Positions 25,397 to 37,539 of a DNA stretch of 64,000 nucleotides are shown one piece after another (the stretch's first letter is position 1; each line of letters opens with the position of its first letter). The position numbers were made by a program, and so were the translations under genes. Source of the stretch: Anthoceros angustus (lineage: Eukaryota > Plantae > Anthocerotophyta); NCBI GenBank assembly GCA_010909165.1, contig VJWM01000117.1:558001-622000 (forward strand), written 5' to 3'. The notes below the pieces were generated by a model, which was not told the DNA's origin, did not search any database, and saw nothing but the letters and a program-made list of their open reading frames with translations.

Positions 25397-27719
25397 CTAC
25401 ACTTCTCCAGGAGTCCAATGTCTGTGGTGTAGCAGGTAGGCCTTGACAATCTCCTGGTCAAGCTTGAAATAGTACGGCATCTTCTTTAATGGCTTCAAGT
25501 CCAGGTCTAGAAAGAACATCTGCACCAGATAAGAGCGTGGAAGGTAAGATGACAGAGCGGAGGGCACGTTACAAGCTTGTCATTCAAACAGTATAGTTAC
25601 AGGGCGCTGGAGAAGATGTGAAAGGGCACCTTGTAACGGAACTTCTGCTTTGTCGGTGCAAACTCTAAGATACTATGGTGGTCACCGTCATGGCCATCAT
25701 CAGAAAGAGGTTGAAAGGTTAGCATCAGACCGCAATCCTTAGCAGTGGCAGAAATAAGATAGTCTCTAACCAGTTTCTCTGTGTCTTCCCGGGGTAACGA
25801 GTGGATCCTTTCTGCATCCAGTACCTGTGAGGTTGTGCCTGTTTCCTCCTGTTGGGCCTCACAGATGTTGCAAGATTTGCCCAAAAATGAGTAATAGGCA
25901 TGAATGCACCCCTCAATGTCCAGGCAATCACGCCTCTGAACAGCTAGCAATCGCTTCAAAATGTCTTTGTGAAGAAGCATGTCTGTCACTAATCCCTGTA
26001 ACAACTGCACCTGTTGGCCACTCGTAGCAAGTGTGGAGGCTCCTAGAATGCTTTCTAATTTGCTCACAGCACTTTCACCCTTGTCTGCCTCCAGAGCATT
26101 GGCGTAAACTTTCATACCATTGACAAAGATGGCAAGGTTGTTCTGTGGAGTTTCAAATAGGGCCTGAAGGGCCTTCAGTACCCTAGCCCTTGACCCAGAA
26201 TACAGATCCAGGGGGGAGTACGTACTTTTGGTGCCTACCTGTACACATCGCCAAAACAAAGTAGCAGAGTGAGCTAAAACATGCTGAGCAGCTTCTCAAC
26301 CAGTATGTGCCCAGGTACGAGAAAGTTGCCACAGTGAGGGGAATGAAAAACACTAGCAGGGGACCTCATACTTTTAAAAATTCAAGCCTGCATACCAGGG
26401 CAGTTTACTTCCAGAATAAAAACTTAATTACTTCGCATACTTGCTGATAATCGCACTGTTCAAACGATAGCGCAAAAGCGATGAAAATGCTGAAAGCAGC
26501 CTATCGGTGCAGGGCACACTGCAGAAAGGGGGAAACAATTTTCAGGGACTACATGGCAAGCCACAAGTTAGTGAACATGACACTGGAGGAACCAGATTAA
26601 GGTCACCTCACCTTGCCCTGCGAAAGCTTCATATGCTGGTGAATAGCAAAACGCGGAACGGTTGACTTCACCAAATTATGCTCCCCAAGGAGTCCAGCCT
26701 CCGGCAAGAAGCCACATTTCGGCTGCAAGTCCCACCAGAGCACTTCAAAATTGCAATGATAACATACTGGGGAATGAACGGGCCATGCCGTGTCTAATTT
26801 TTCTGATAAACAGTTGTGATGCAGAACATTGCTAGGGGCTGACAATTACCTTGATCTCCACAGAGATAACTGGATACTTCTCCTGCACTGATCCTGTAGA
26901 AATAAATAGTGTCATAAACGACAGACCTTAAGGAGACCACTATCTTCTCATTAACCGTAGAGAATCAACCTGAACTAGGCCGATTCCTCCACCTCAGAAT
27001 CCGCAGTCCCTGCTAAGCCTCGGAACACTGTAACGGAAAGCACAGGAAACGATGTCGCACATACTTGAGATAATGGGGAACTCTGAATGATCCGAGACGA
27101 GGAGTGCCGTTGTACCCACAAGGTGCAAACCAGCTTCCTCTCTTCTCCACAATGGCCGCTGATCTGCGACCTTCTCATTGACTGCTTCCAGAAAATCACG
27201 TGAAGCGTAGACAAGAATCTACAGACACCAACATCTCTCCCCCGTTATCAAGGAGCACTTGAGCAACATTTCCACATTAAAGAGAGAAGAGCAAGAGTGA
27301 ATGCACCTCACCCCAGGATCCACATGCTCTGATCCAAGCAGCGGGCAAAGAACATGCCGAGCATATGCATGTGCCAGCTCTGCAGCTGAAGTGGCGTTTG
27401 CAATGTCCGGCCACTCTGCCCACAGCTTCCGCTCATCGTCCGACAGCACGGGACCCACACCCCCATCCTGTAACGCATGAGCATCACTCTTCCGCAGCCG
27501 CAGCACCTTGCTCATCTGCCATAGCAGCAACGGTTCTCATCCCGCACAGCCAAGCAAAGCAAGACCAAGCCCAATACCCAAACCAACCCACCACAACCCG
27601 CCACACAGACTAACCAGAGCGGGATCAGAACCACGGTAAGCCAGCACGATATTAGCAGCGCCCTCTCCCCGGTACTCCCACCACACCACGTCCAGGGACC
27701 GGAGCTCCATCACCGCCAT
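25397..27719 (-). CDS. IPK1: Inositol-pentakisphosphate 2-kinase; multi-exon
   Basis: WEYRGEGAANIVLAY, LRLRK, PLLGSEHVDPG, ISVEIK|PKCGFLP, YSPLDLYSGS, PQNNLAIFVNG, RDYLISATAKDC, LDLDLKPLKKMPYYFKLDQEIV; stop at 25397-25399. Confidence 0.95.
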
Positions 27720-27984
27720 CCTCGTCTCGTGTGTGCCTCGTCTGCCCTAACACACTCTCTTCTGCCTCCCGACAAACCTAAAGCAGAAGCAGCACTCAAT
27801 CGAGCGACAGACCAGTCTGCCGCCTAGCACAGTTAATTCACCTGCTCTGCTGCAGCAGATCGGCTGCACACGCACCGGCAGCGGCGACGGCATCCGCATC
27901 TACATCGGTCCCTCCCCCTCCTTCCCGTGAGAAGGCTTCATGTGCGCCAGCGTGCTGCGGACGCGGGGGAGGCTCGGAGCCGGG

Positions 27985-28484
27985 ATGGGATCGTTGCTGA
28001 AGCAGCTGCAGAGCAAGGCGTCCGTGGCCACGGACCTGGCTACCCGGCATGGCACCAAGTACTACAGGCAGCTGCTGGAGCAGAACAAGCAGTACATTGT
28101 GCACGAGCCGACGGTGGAGAAGTGCCAGGAGCTCTCCAAGCAGCTCTTCTACACCCGCCTCGCCAGGTTCCTGCCTTTCCCTCATTCCTTCCCTTCTTCC
28201 AGATCCTTCTCTTCCATGCCCCATCTTCCTTCCTTGTGCTCCTGCTTGCATGATCTTCAGCTAGGTCGTGAGATGCCTGAATTCCCTGTGCTTGCAGCTT
28301 GCCCGGGCGCTACGAGACCCTGCAGAAGGAGCTGGATTACGTGAAGAAGAAGCTGCTCAACAGGCAGGATTTGAAGCTCGAGGAGGTCGGGATCGCTGCA
28401 TTGTTCGTGGGGGAGTGTTACTGCTGGTTCTGCGTGGGAGAGATCATAGGCAGAGGTGGCACACTGACAGGGTACAAGGTGTAG
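27985..28484 (+). CDS. ATP5L: Mitochondrial ATP synthase subunit g; two exons (27985-28166, 28298-28484)
   Basis: LKQLQSKA...YYRQLLEQNKQYIV.EPTVEKCQELSKQLFYTRLAS|LPGRYE...CWFCVGEIIGRGGTLTGYKV*. The GT-AG intron restores the frame. Confidence 0.93.
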
Positions 28485-28978
28485 ACTAGCCCGTGCTCTC
28501 CTTGCAATTCCTGGCACTCACAATTTTTGCTGTTTCTGGTGACCGAATTTTGAAGAACTCTGGGATGGTGGAGATAGATGCTGGCTGTGTCTGCTCTGGC
28601 TCCTGCTCATGCTCTGCTCGCTCTCTCGTGGGACGCTTGTGTGATAGAAACATTGTCTGAGCTTGATTTGCAAGCACGCCACCTGTGTGGCCCCCCATAT
28701 CCGGACTGTATGATTCGCGCTACCTAGAATTTGTCTTGACTGCAAAGTGCAAACTCATAGAGGCCGCGGCTGTCTGGACTGCGGCCGTGTGAGCAATAAA
28801 GGGGATACTCGCCAGTAGTTCGATTCCTTGGACGACCAAAAGAGCTTATTTGCTTCAACGTATAGAGAACGATTCTAGCTGACAGTCCACTGAATCGCAT
28901 AATGTTACAACGTGTAGACCACACCAAGGAGGACCATAGCCTTCAGAAGGTTCCATTCAAACTACATACAACTGGCTA

Positions 28979-30859
28979 TCACAACTCGTCCTTCGGCTGG
29001 TCTACCTCTACCGCTACCTTCTGAGCCGCCTCCGGATGCTCCTCTGCCACCGGGGCGGCTGCCTTGGGGGCCGCCTTGGGGGCCGCCTTGGGGATTGTGA
29101 AAGGAATGGCAGCATGCTTCTTCAAAAACTGAGCAAAGGCCTTCACGGTCCTTTCGGCATCCACAGGAATGGGATCAAAACTCTTGTTGCCGGCAGGGAA
29201 AAAGAGGAGAGTGGGGAATCCATCACTTTTAGCCCTGTAATGCTCGTTGGTTGTGCCGTCCATCTTGGCGATGACTAGAGAGTCCACTCCTTTCAACCGC
29301 TTAGCCAGCTTTTCATAAATCGGCTCCAATGCTTGGCAATGGCCGCACCATGGAGCATAAATTTCCAGGAGCACGTCCTTGGTCTCGTCCAGCACAATCT
29401 CATCAAAATTGTTCCCCACCACAATCTTCACATCACCGTCATTCACCTCTGGAACAGGATCCGACTTGAGGAACGGCTTCAAAGTGCCTGCCAGAAAGCC
29501 TGAGGCAAACTCCTTCAAGCTTTCAGTAGTGACCACGCCAGAAAACCTGAACTTTCTACCCCCTTCCTCAGCTTGAAAAGCCACAATAATCATGCCATCC
29601 CCGGACACACCGAAGAACTCCTGGACAGGCCCTGAGGATTCCGCATCAGATGAGTTGACGTGGATGAAAATAATCTTCCCCTTGAAGTCCTTGGCCGCTT
29701 CTTCGAAATGCGGAAGCAGCCTCTCATACTGCTCAGACGAGACAAACCAGAGAAGCTGCTTCTTGATATCACTGTCGAAAATAGAGGACGATGTGTCCAT
29801 GCTGAACGTGATAACGAGCGGAAGCCTGTTCTGAGCCACAAAGTCCCCGATCGTGCTCCTCTCGAACTTGCCATCGAAGACCGACACTCTCTCCTTCTCC
29901 TTCTTCAGGAGTGCCAAAGCCGGGGCCTTAGCACCGTCCCCGAACTGGAACGCGGCAGCAACCTCAGGATCGGTTGTCTGGCCAAAGAAGACGCCGTCCA
30001 CCTGCCTGGCGGCCGCTGCCAGCTCCTCGGCGTCCGCTCCCTCGAGGCTTTCCAGCAGAGCAACAACCACGACGCTCTCCTCCGACAAAACAGTCTTGGC
30101 TTCCGCCGCGCTGGACACAGTCACAACAGCAGGTCCAATTTTCTTACGAATCCACTTCACGATCTCATCACTGGACCGGTGGCCCGTATAGGGTTTGCTC
30201 ACTCCGTCCACAAAGAAGAGCAATGTAGGGTAGCCTTGCACGTCGAACTTCTCTGCAAGCTCATCGTGCTGCGTGGCATCCACCTTGGCCAGAGCGGCCT
30301 CACCTTTCAACACCGTGGCCGCCTCTGCGTAATGCGGAGCCAGGGACTGGCAATGGCCGCACCACGGCGCATAGAACTCCACCAGCACGTAGCTATGGCT
30401 CTCCACAAACTGCGTGAAGTTCTTGCCCGTCAGCACCACAACGTCCCTCTCATCCAGCGCCACATCCTCCTCGTACTCCGCGCCTCCAAACCCCTCCTCC
30501 TCATCGTCATCCTCATACTCCTCTCCCTCGTACTCCGCATCTCCTCCTAGCCCGTCCTCTTCCTCCTCGTACTCGCCCTCTTCTTCCTCCTCCTCTTCCA
30601 TTGGGTCTCCTTCGCCTTCCAGCAGATCGGGCCGGTTCGCTTTCAGGAACGCCAGCTCCAGATCATCATCCAAATCCTCGAGCTCCGCCAGCTCCTCCGG
30701 CAGCAACTCCTTCCCGGATTCCGAGACGGAATCCAGATGCAGCTCTGACGCACCGCATTGCAGCGGCAGCAACCGCGACATCAGCAGCAGGCAAAGCGAG
30801 ACAGCCAGCACTGGCAGCGATAGCGGGCGCATCCGCCATTGCTTCCCTGACCCTGCCAT
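28979..30859 (-). CDS. PDIL: Protein disulfide isomerase (PDIL1-3/1-4-like, with an acidic N-terminal extension), single exon
   Basis: Continuous 626-aa ORF with a signal peptide, an E/D-rich segment, two WCGHC sites (a-b-b'-a') and C-terminal KDEL. Confidence 0.96.
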   Translation of the reverse strand: MAGSGKQWRMRPLSLPVLAVSLCLLLMSRLLPLQCGASELHLDSVSESGKELLPEELAELEDLDDDLELAFLKANRPDLLEGEGDPMEEEEEEEGEYEEEEDGLGGDAEYEGEEYEDDDEEEGFGGAEYEEDVALDERDVVVLTGKNFTQFVESHSYVLVEFYAPWCGHCQSLAPHYAEAATVLKGEAALAKVDATQHDELAEKFDVQGYPTLLFFVDGVSKPYTGHRSSDEIVKWIRKKIGPAVVTVSSAAEAKTVLSEESVVVVALLESLEGADAEELAAAARQVDGVFFGQTTDPEVAAAFQFGDGAKAPALALLKKEKERVSVFDGKFERSTIGDFVAQNRLPLVITFSMDTSSSIFDSDIKKQLLWFVSSEQYERLLPHFEEAAKDFKGKIIFIHVNSSDAESSGPVQEFFGVSGDGMIIVAFQAEEGGRKFRFSGVVTTESLKEFASGFLAGTLKPFLKSDPVPEVNDGDVKIVVGNNFDEIVLDETKDVLLEIYAPWCGHCQALEPIYEKLAKRLKGVDSLVIAKMDGTTNEHYRAKSDGFPTLLFFPAGNKSFDPIPVDAERTVKAFAQFLKKHAAIPFTIPKAAPKAAPKAAAPVAEEHPEAAQKVAVEVDQPKDEL

Positions 30860-30906
30860 GGCAGGCGTCCAAATGCAACACCGCGTCTAGTGCATCAAGA
30901 ACTAAA

Positions 30907-30928
30907 TACATATGTACGTACATATGTA
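30907..30928. promoter_or_regulatory. Perfect 22-bp palindrome with clustered GTAC cores ~50 bp upstream of the PDI ATG
   Basis: TACATATGTAC|GTACATATGTA. The palindrome is seen directly; a regulatory role is inferred only. Confidence 0.3.
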
Positions 30929-31619
30929 CAATTTTCATCCAAAACACCTAATGAGCTGAAAATAACTTTGGGGTTCCACTTGGTTTAGGTTAAGTTGGGG
31001 GATATGGCATTGCAAATCTTTGGTCCACGCTGACTCACCCAGTTAAGAACTTTGGCAGATACTTCATATAGCTCCTGCTGGATATGAGCGAACTTAAGAC
31101 ATCAGTGGTGCGTTGCTTTAGCAGTGGAAGTGTGCACGTAAATTGCCTTTACAAACTACATATATTCGGATTCATGTTGTCCGTAGTTGTCCTTAGTTGT
31201 CATATGTTCTAAGTAGGTATAAGAATTTTGTAATGGGAAAGAACGAACAATGTTTATGTGTTTGTAAGATGTGAAGATAACTAATAAATTATCATCATAT
31301 TTTGTGTGAGTAATGATGATGGTAATGGCAGCGTACACGACAACGGACACAATTCTCCCTTGGCTTGTGGCCAGATGCGTGTAAGTGCTATAAAGTTATC
31401 GTTTTTCCGTCGACCTGACAGGAACATTGCTGGAGGGACTGTCTTGGGAAAGGGATAAAAAGTGAGGAAGGAGATGAGTAGGATCTTTTGGTGACCCCCT
31501 GAATGGATGCGTTGGCGGCTATATGGCTCAAGCAGATTCAAGCCTGGCTGAAAATGCGGGTCAATATTTTCCCACGCTTGGGAATTGCTTAGGAGCGCTG
31601 CTCAATTTTCGTTGACAAG

Positions 31620-31850
31620 CGAGATTAATAAAATTCTCCACACAACATCACAACTACCTTTAAATTCTTTCATTTTATCTCATCAACTTTTGTTGATAGG
31701 GTAGATTAATAAAATTCTCCACATAATATTACATTCACCTCAAATTCTTTCGTTTTATCTTACCAACTTTCGTTGAAAAAACTAATTAACAAAATTCTCC
31801 GCACAACATTACATCCACCTTCAAATGTTTTCATTACATCTACCAATTAT
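31620..31850. repeat. ~81-bp unit x3 inside the gypsy integrase remnant
   Basis: ATTAA(T/C)AAAATTCTCC(A/G)CA...CA(T)CACC... at ~31623, ~31705 and ~31785. Confidence 0.7.
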
Positions 31851-32247
31851 AATACACATTGGATAAAACCACTGCCCATCAGGCACTGCATCTAATTGAG
31901 GTTCCATGCAATAGATATGCCAACCATCGTTGCACCATCAATCAAAACTTCTGCACAAGCTCCAAACACACTTAGTACATGGTTGAGGAATGCTTCTCTT
32001 ATCTCATTGGACTTCTTGTCCCTTAAAGCTACTAGAACTATCCATTATGAAAAATGTTCTATCACTACTAAAACATATTTAAAACCCCTCTCCTTGGTTA
32101 AAACTCCTTGGTTGACAACCAAATCCAAACTACATCTACAAAACATACCTCTGATTGATAGTGGGTGAAGCTCAGATTTTTTGTTGGACAAAATTGCTTT
32201 AACTCTATTGCAAACCTCACATGTGGATACCACCCTCTCCACAACTA

Positions 32248-33815
32248 ACAGCGTCTGAGTAGAAAGGGGTTTCTCCATGAACCCTTTTTTGCACACGGAG
32301 TTCCACAAACCTCAAACTGCATGCTGAAAAATCCGCACTAAAAAAGGCCGTTTTGAAGAGTTTAGGTCTTGTTTACGCGTGCCCAAACGTATTTGATTTT
32401 AAACTTTATCCAATTCCGAGCCTTCCTAAAAGAAGGTCATTCTTACAACTGGCACGTATACAAACATTTAGAGTGTTTAGGGCTTGCTGTAATTTTGGTG
32501 CGCAAACTTGTTTTCCTTGTTTGCGCACCAACCTTTCATTCATACCAGTCAATCCTAAGACTATACTCTCGCTTTGGGAATTTTACAGGACTTTGTTTAT
32601 TAGACATTGGGAAAATAATGTCTTTGTTGACTTGATGCTCTTGATTTGCGTGCAGTGCGAGAATGAGAGTGGTATGGTCCGCACTTGGAGCTGGGCTCAC
32701 GCCAAAAGTCTCAAGATTCAAAAGATGCAAAAGGTTCTCACTATTAGTTCAAAGTTTTAATCACAAGAAAAAAGATAGGGCTAAATAAGGATAAGAACAT
32801 ATCCACATTAGGGAGGTGCACAAAAAAGGTTGAAAACATCGAAAGGAACTCTTTAAAACAACAAAAATATCAAAAAAATACCAAAAAATATCAAAATTTC
32901 AGGGCAAGTGCGCGCACTTGCCCTGAAATTTTGAAAAAGTTCAATTTTTTGAACTTGCCTCAAAAAATTGAACTTTTTTGGGAAGTTTTTGGGAATTTTT
33001 TTATTTTTTGCTCTTTTTTTCTTTGGATCAACCATCTGGGAATGCACTATGAGGCATGCACTATATGGGTTCATGCTCCTAGACCCTTCTTGACCTTGGG
33101 TGCGCGCACTTGTGTGCACAGGCCTACCCCAGTGCGCGCACTTGTGTGCACTGGCCCTACCCCAGTGCGCGCGCATGCACGCCTCCTGCCCCCGGTGCAT
33201 GCACTTATTCACCCAGCTGGCTCCCCTAGCATGTTTGATGATAACCCGGTACTAGGTCACCGCCGAAAGAGACGGAAATACCATAAAGGATAAAAAGGGG
33301 ATAGGGTGTTCTTCGTCGCATCAGAGCATAGGATAGATATATGAGAGCGGTCTAGGTGAACCTCCGCCGATGTCTGCTACTTGTTATTTCGCTGGGAGTT
33401 CCGGCACATCCATCAGACCTCCAAAAGAAGATTATTTTTGCACAGTGCGCATACAAGTTTGCGCATAGCGTTGTACTAGGCGTGCACTTGTGCGCGCCTA
33501 GGCCCCTATGGAATACAAAAGCATAGAGAACCACACAAAATGTAGAAACTACGGATATGACGAAATTATGGAACAATGAGGTTACTGATCCTTCATCACG
33601 CCGACTAAATCGCCATGAATTTGATTAGAAGGCGCCATCTCGGTGTAAATGACTTGGCAAGTAGTGGCACCGGAGCTGAGAATGCTAGAAACCGATGGAT
33701 GAACACCTACAAAATACAAAAAAAACCAAACCAACTTAAATTTTCGGCGAAATAGGGTTGAGATTTTTTCAAAACCCCTTTTGACAGGAGAAACCCCTTT
33801 CTACACAAACGCTGT
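32248..33815. mobile_element. Non-autonomous Tc1/mariner-like TIR element (TA TSD) with internal hairpins
   Basis: 29-bp TIRs (27/29 identical): ACAGCGTCTGAGTAGAAAGGGGTTTCTCC at 32248-32276 and the inverse at 33787-33815. Flanking TA at 32246-47 and 33816-17. Removing the element rejoins the integrase frame. Confidence 0.85.
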
Positions 33816-34419
33816 TAACTTTATCAATCCTCTCTAACAATAATTGTTCATAAGCAAATTTAATGTCCTTTTTGTTCCAAGGTATCCAAGTTCCTCATGA
33901 ATTCTCCGCCTCAAACTTATCCTATCTTCTGGTCTAGGCACAATCTTCATGTTGTCCAAGAAAAGTAACTTATCATGCACCCATCTATACCTTATATTCC
34001 TTTTTCTCACTCTATCATTCTCCTTCAATGTCAAGATATTCCTATTCCCCCCAGTTTGTACTCTCTCCAGTGTATTCGTATCTTCCCAAATATCAACACT
34101 CATTGTAGTACTAGAAGGTATTTCAATCAGATTCACCAAATATGAGCTTGGTGTCCACTAGACACCACTAAATTGCTCTCAAGTTCATCACTCTCATCAT
34201 AATCTTGTCTAGCACCCATTTCGTCCTTATTGGATCTTTTAACAACACATCTGCATTAGCATGCTTAACTCCTGCCCTATGCTCAATTGTAAAGTTGTAC
34301 TCCTACAATATAAGTTCCCACCTTTCTAACTTGCCTGTGAGCTTCTCACTTTTTATTAGCCACTTCAGAGGTTGATGATCAGTTATCAAATTAAATTGTC
34401 CGAGACGTCGTGTTCTCCA

Positions 34420-34830
34420 TATGATTGTCAGCGAGGGCGGATTCATTCTTTTCAGGGAGCGCCCATATGCTTTGCCTAATGGCGTTTCTCTTGAGGGTTG
34501 ACCTATTTTTGACCTGAGGGACTAGGTCCATGTAAATGTAACAAAACTACTCGGCACACCGTTTGCCATCATCAACCCTCCGGTCTGGATGGCTACGGCC
34601 AAGGTTCACAAGTATAGCGGCATGTTGGAAGACCATGCTTTCATTTCCTTTGCTATTGAGACTCACCGGGGCATGGGTAGCGACTTATCGAGGTTTATCA
34701 AGGCTTGTGCAAAGGCATACCACATCCATTGAGGTAGGGCTCCCTCTTTTCTATGTGGTGGCTTTCTTCCGGCAACGGGTATCTATTGCCCTGTTGAAGG
34801 CATTCGCAAACACAATTTTGAAGACGCTTT
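34420..34830 (+). mobile_element. Fragment of a second, more distant REL-type non-LTR retrotransposon
   Basis: AKVHKYSGMLEDHAFISFAIETHRGMGSDLSRFIKACAKAYH and FFRQRVSIALLKAFANTIL resemble the C-terminal REL region at 15400-17700. Confidence 0.65.
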
Positions 34831-34891
34831 GAACGCAGGGGACACATCATCTTTAGTTCTGGCGGGAAATAGACTTTTCCTTTCTCCAGAT

Positions 34892-35005
34892 TATGACATC
34901 TTGGGAGTGATAAGTAGCTTTAGGATAGACAATCCAGGAGTGGAGTCATATGACATCTTGGGAGTAATAAGTAGCTTTAGGATAGATAGTCTAGGAGTGG
35001 GGTCA
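34892..35005. repeat. ~57-bp tandem duplication
   Basis: ATGACATCTTGGGAGT(G/A)ATAAGTAGCTTTAGGATAGA...AGGAGTGG x2. Confidence 0.75.
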
Positions 35006-35655
35006 GTCCGTGGTTACACAATTTTCATATGATTTGTGAGGAAGTAGCATTTTCAGCCCCGGGGCTCTTCCTTATTCGAAACTAAACATCTCTTACGAGC
35101 TATGTAGGTAGCTTCCGGGTAGGCAATTGGGCTAACACCCCTTGGCATGGGCCTCTAGAGGATTGTTTCCATCACCCCGATGTAAGAGACTCCCCATCCT
35201 TGCATGAAGTCTCATCATTGCATATTTTTAAGTAGGGTTAAGTGGGGGTTAAAGTTATCAATACATAGATACTATGTACCGCGGGGCTATGAGGCATCAC
35301 GCTTAAACCCGGGAAACCTATAATGGCCACCTCTTAATAGGCGGCCATTTAGAAGTGGGTGTAACATGCATCCCAACACCATGTGCAAGACCAAGCTCCA
35401 TGAGAGTGACATTAAAGGCTTACATGGTGCCAGGCGAATTGCCCTCCGTCAGTAAAAGGAGCTCCACGCTTTATTGAACGAAAGCCTGGAACCTGACGAA
35501 ATCTATCTCGATGGCCTGGCTCAAATTCTGGTACATACGCAGGGTAAGAGGGGGAGGTTTACTTGTTAGACAGCGTTGACAATCTGGCCATGTAGCTACC
35601 AAAAATTGTTCGCGGAGTATGAAAGCCAGTTAATGATGAGGATTGACTCCAGGGC

Positions 35656-37460
35656 TTATCTGTACAATGGGGGTAGAACTGCATGCAGGTCAATATCCAG
35701 TAGCTCTGGGGTCCTGCACAACATGCAAGAGTGAAATCGAGGTGTGAGCGAAAACCGGAGCAGCTTTGAGGTAGAAGAAAATGTCACTTTTCCTGGACGC
35801 ACCTGCAAACTGATCTGCCCTTCTCTGTTGAAGAAGGAACGAACCATAGCCTGCGTGCAGTAGACGATTCTAGCTGCACAAAAAAGCCATTCGCGTGGCC
35901 TGCTTTCCATTTTCTGGTTCCCTGACCCTTCCACACCTGCAGGAGTGCGCATATTGAGTAACAGGTTTCTGTACCAGCTTAATCTTGTGGAGAGCACGCA
36001 TCCGGACCTAGGCCCGAACTGAATTGACTCCTTAAGCTTGCTTTTACCTGAGGGAATGCGATGTTCTTTTTGGGTACAACAAGGCAGGCTGCTTTTGATG
36101 ATGAGTCAACAGCATATTGCCTCAGAAATGAAACACAGCTTGAGAGGGTGTCAGGAGATTCGAAAGCCTGGACACACCCGCCAGTCGCGAAAGACGATCA
36201 CTGAGTGTCAGCCAGCAGATACAAAGGCAATAGAAAAGCTAGAATATTTGGTAAAGGTACCTTATCAACTGCAACAAGCGGCAGGAATTCCTTGGAAGGA
36301 TTCTCTAAGTTTCCAAAGAAAAACCGAACACCGGCATCCAACTTGCCATTGTTTGCATTCCAATCCCTAGTGGCGGAATCGATAATGTCCTTGGTGAAAG
36401 CGGTTAAATCACTGCCAAGGCCTTGGAAGACTCCTCCTTGACTCTGCAAAAACCAGATGCAAACAACATATAACACACACACGCATAGAGGCCCAGCTCA
36501 GTGAGGAAACCGAAGAGTGCACCACACATACAATGTCTGCTTTTGTAGGCTCGGAATCACCACTCTGTTTGTCCCCATTTGCTTTGACAGCCTTCTTATC
36601 TTGAGCTCTCTTTTGATCTCGCACCACCTGAGAGAGCCTCCTTATCTTCGTCGAAACCTCAGAGCTTTGAGGATTTTGTTCCAACGCAGATCGAAATGCA
36701 GCCAGTGCCTGCATGAACGTCCACATGAGGACCAAGTAAGCACAATGAACTGCAACAGACTGTTTCGAATTCCTAAAATGGACAAGAAAACAACCAGCAG
36801 GTGCTTCTGCCTATGAGGAGTAAAACACGCTAGCTACCTCTTCATGTCGTTCCATGGCTTCCAAAACGCAGCCCTTCCTGAAATAGCCCTAGCAAGCAAA
36901 CCCGACATTATTACTGCTGTTATCTCGCGCCGGTGCAAACGTACTCGCATTCACACATCCGAGACCGCTCAACGAGCAACACTGCCAATCAGCACCTTTT
37001 CCCACGCCGGGTTCAGCTTTATCGTCATCTCTGCGTCTGCCAGAGCCTTGGTCACTTTCAGGAGGTTGAGAAAGGCAGCTGAACGATTGCTGCCACACAC
37101 AACTCAAGATTACATCCCGAATCAGAGCGGCAACAACACCTTTCCTCACCACTGCTCGCACTGTCAGATGCGAGCACTCCCAAATTCTGCACTTCCAGCT
37201 GAAGTTAAGCCTGAGGCAGCTTCACAGAGAAAGCATCGCAACGGGCACGCCAGGGCAAGCCCGAGCAACACCTGCTGCTTGCATGCGACAGCGCCGCGTG
37301 AGCACACAAGGAAGAACCTGTAGAGCGCTGCGTTCGAAGAGTCAGCCTTGATGGCCTGCGTGTACACGGCGGCGGCCTTCAGAAAGTTGCCTTGCTTGAA
37401 CAGGGCGTTGCCTTGCTCCCGCAAAGACAGCGAGGGAGACGTCTCCTCCCCGTCCGCCAT
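35656..37460 (-). CDS. TPR-repeat co-chaperone-like protein (STI1/HOP-type TPRs; resembles Arabidopsis TPR3/At1g04190 as recalled); multi-exon
   Basis: SLREQGNALFKQGNFLKAAAVYTQAIKADSSNAALY|NRAAAFLNL.KVTKALADAEMTIKLNPAWEKGY; ALAAFRSALEQNPQSSEV; AFESPDTLSSCVSFLRQYA; ends DIDLHAVLPPLYR*. Confidence 0.88.
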
Positions 37461-37539
37461 AGTCACGCTGGAGCCGCGCTCTGCTGCTGGTTCTCGTCTG
37501 TGTGTCTTTAGGCTACGAGTCCACGACTCAATGAAACGT

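Larger units (their letters stand above)
31330..34400 (-). mobile_element. Decayed Ty3/gypsy LTR-retrotransposon pol remnant (RNase H end and integrase), interrupted by a TIR element at 32248-33815
   Basis: Minus strand: KLTGKLERWELIL*EYNFTIEHRAGVKHANAD; IHEELGYLGTKRT...NNYC*RGLIKL|VVERVVSTCEVCNRVK (HHCC-like, in frame across the empty site); FKYVLVVIEHFS; VFGACAEVLID. No LTRs identified. Confidence 0.8.

Noticed and set aside
24942-25418. 158-aa ORF overlapping the IPK1 stop in another frame
   Set aside because: It lies in the expected IPK1 3' UTR and has no known motif.
29660-30890. 296-aa and 158-aa ORFs antisense to PDI
   Set aside because: Shadow ORFs produced by GC-rich codon usage and the acidic low-complexity tract.
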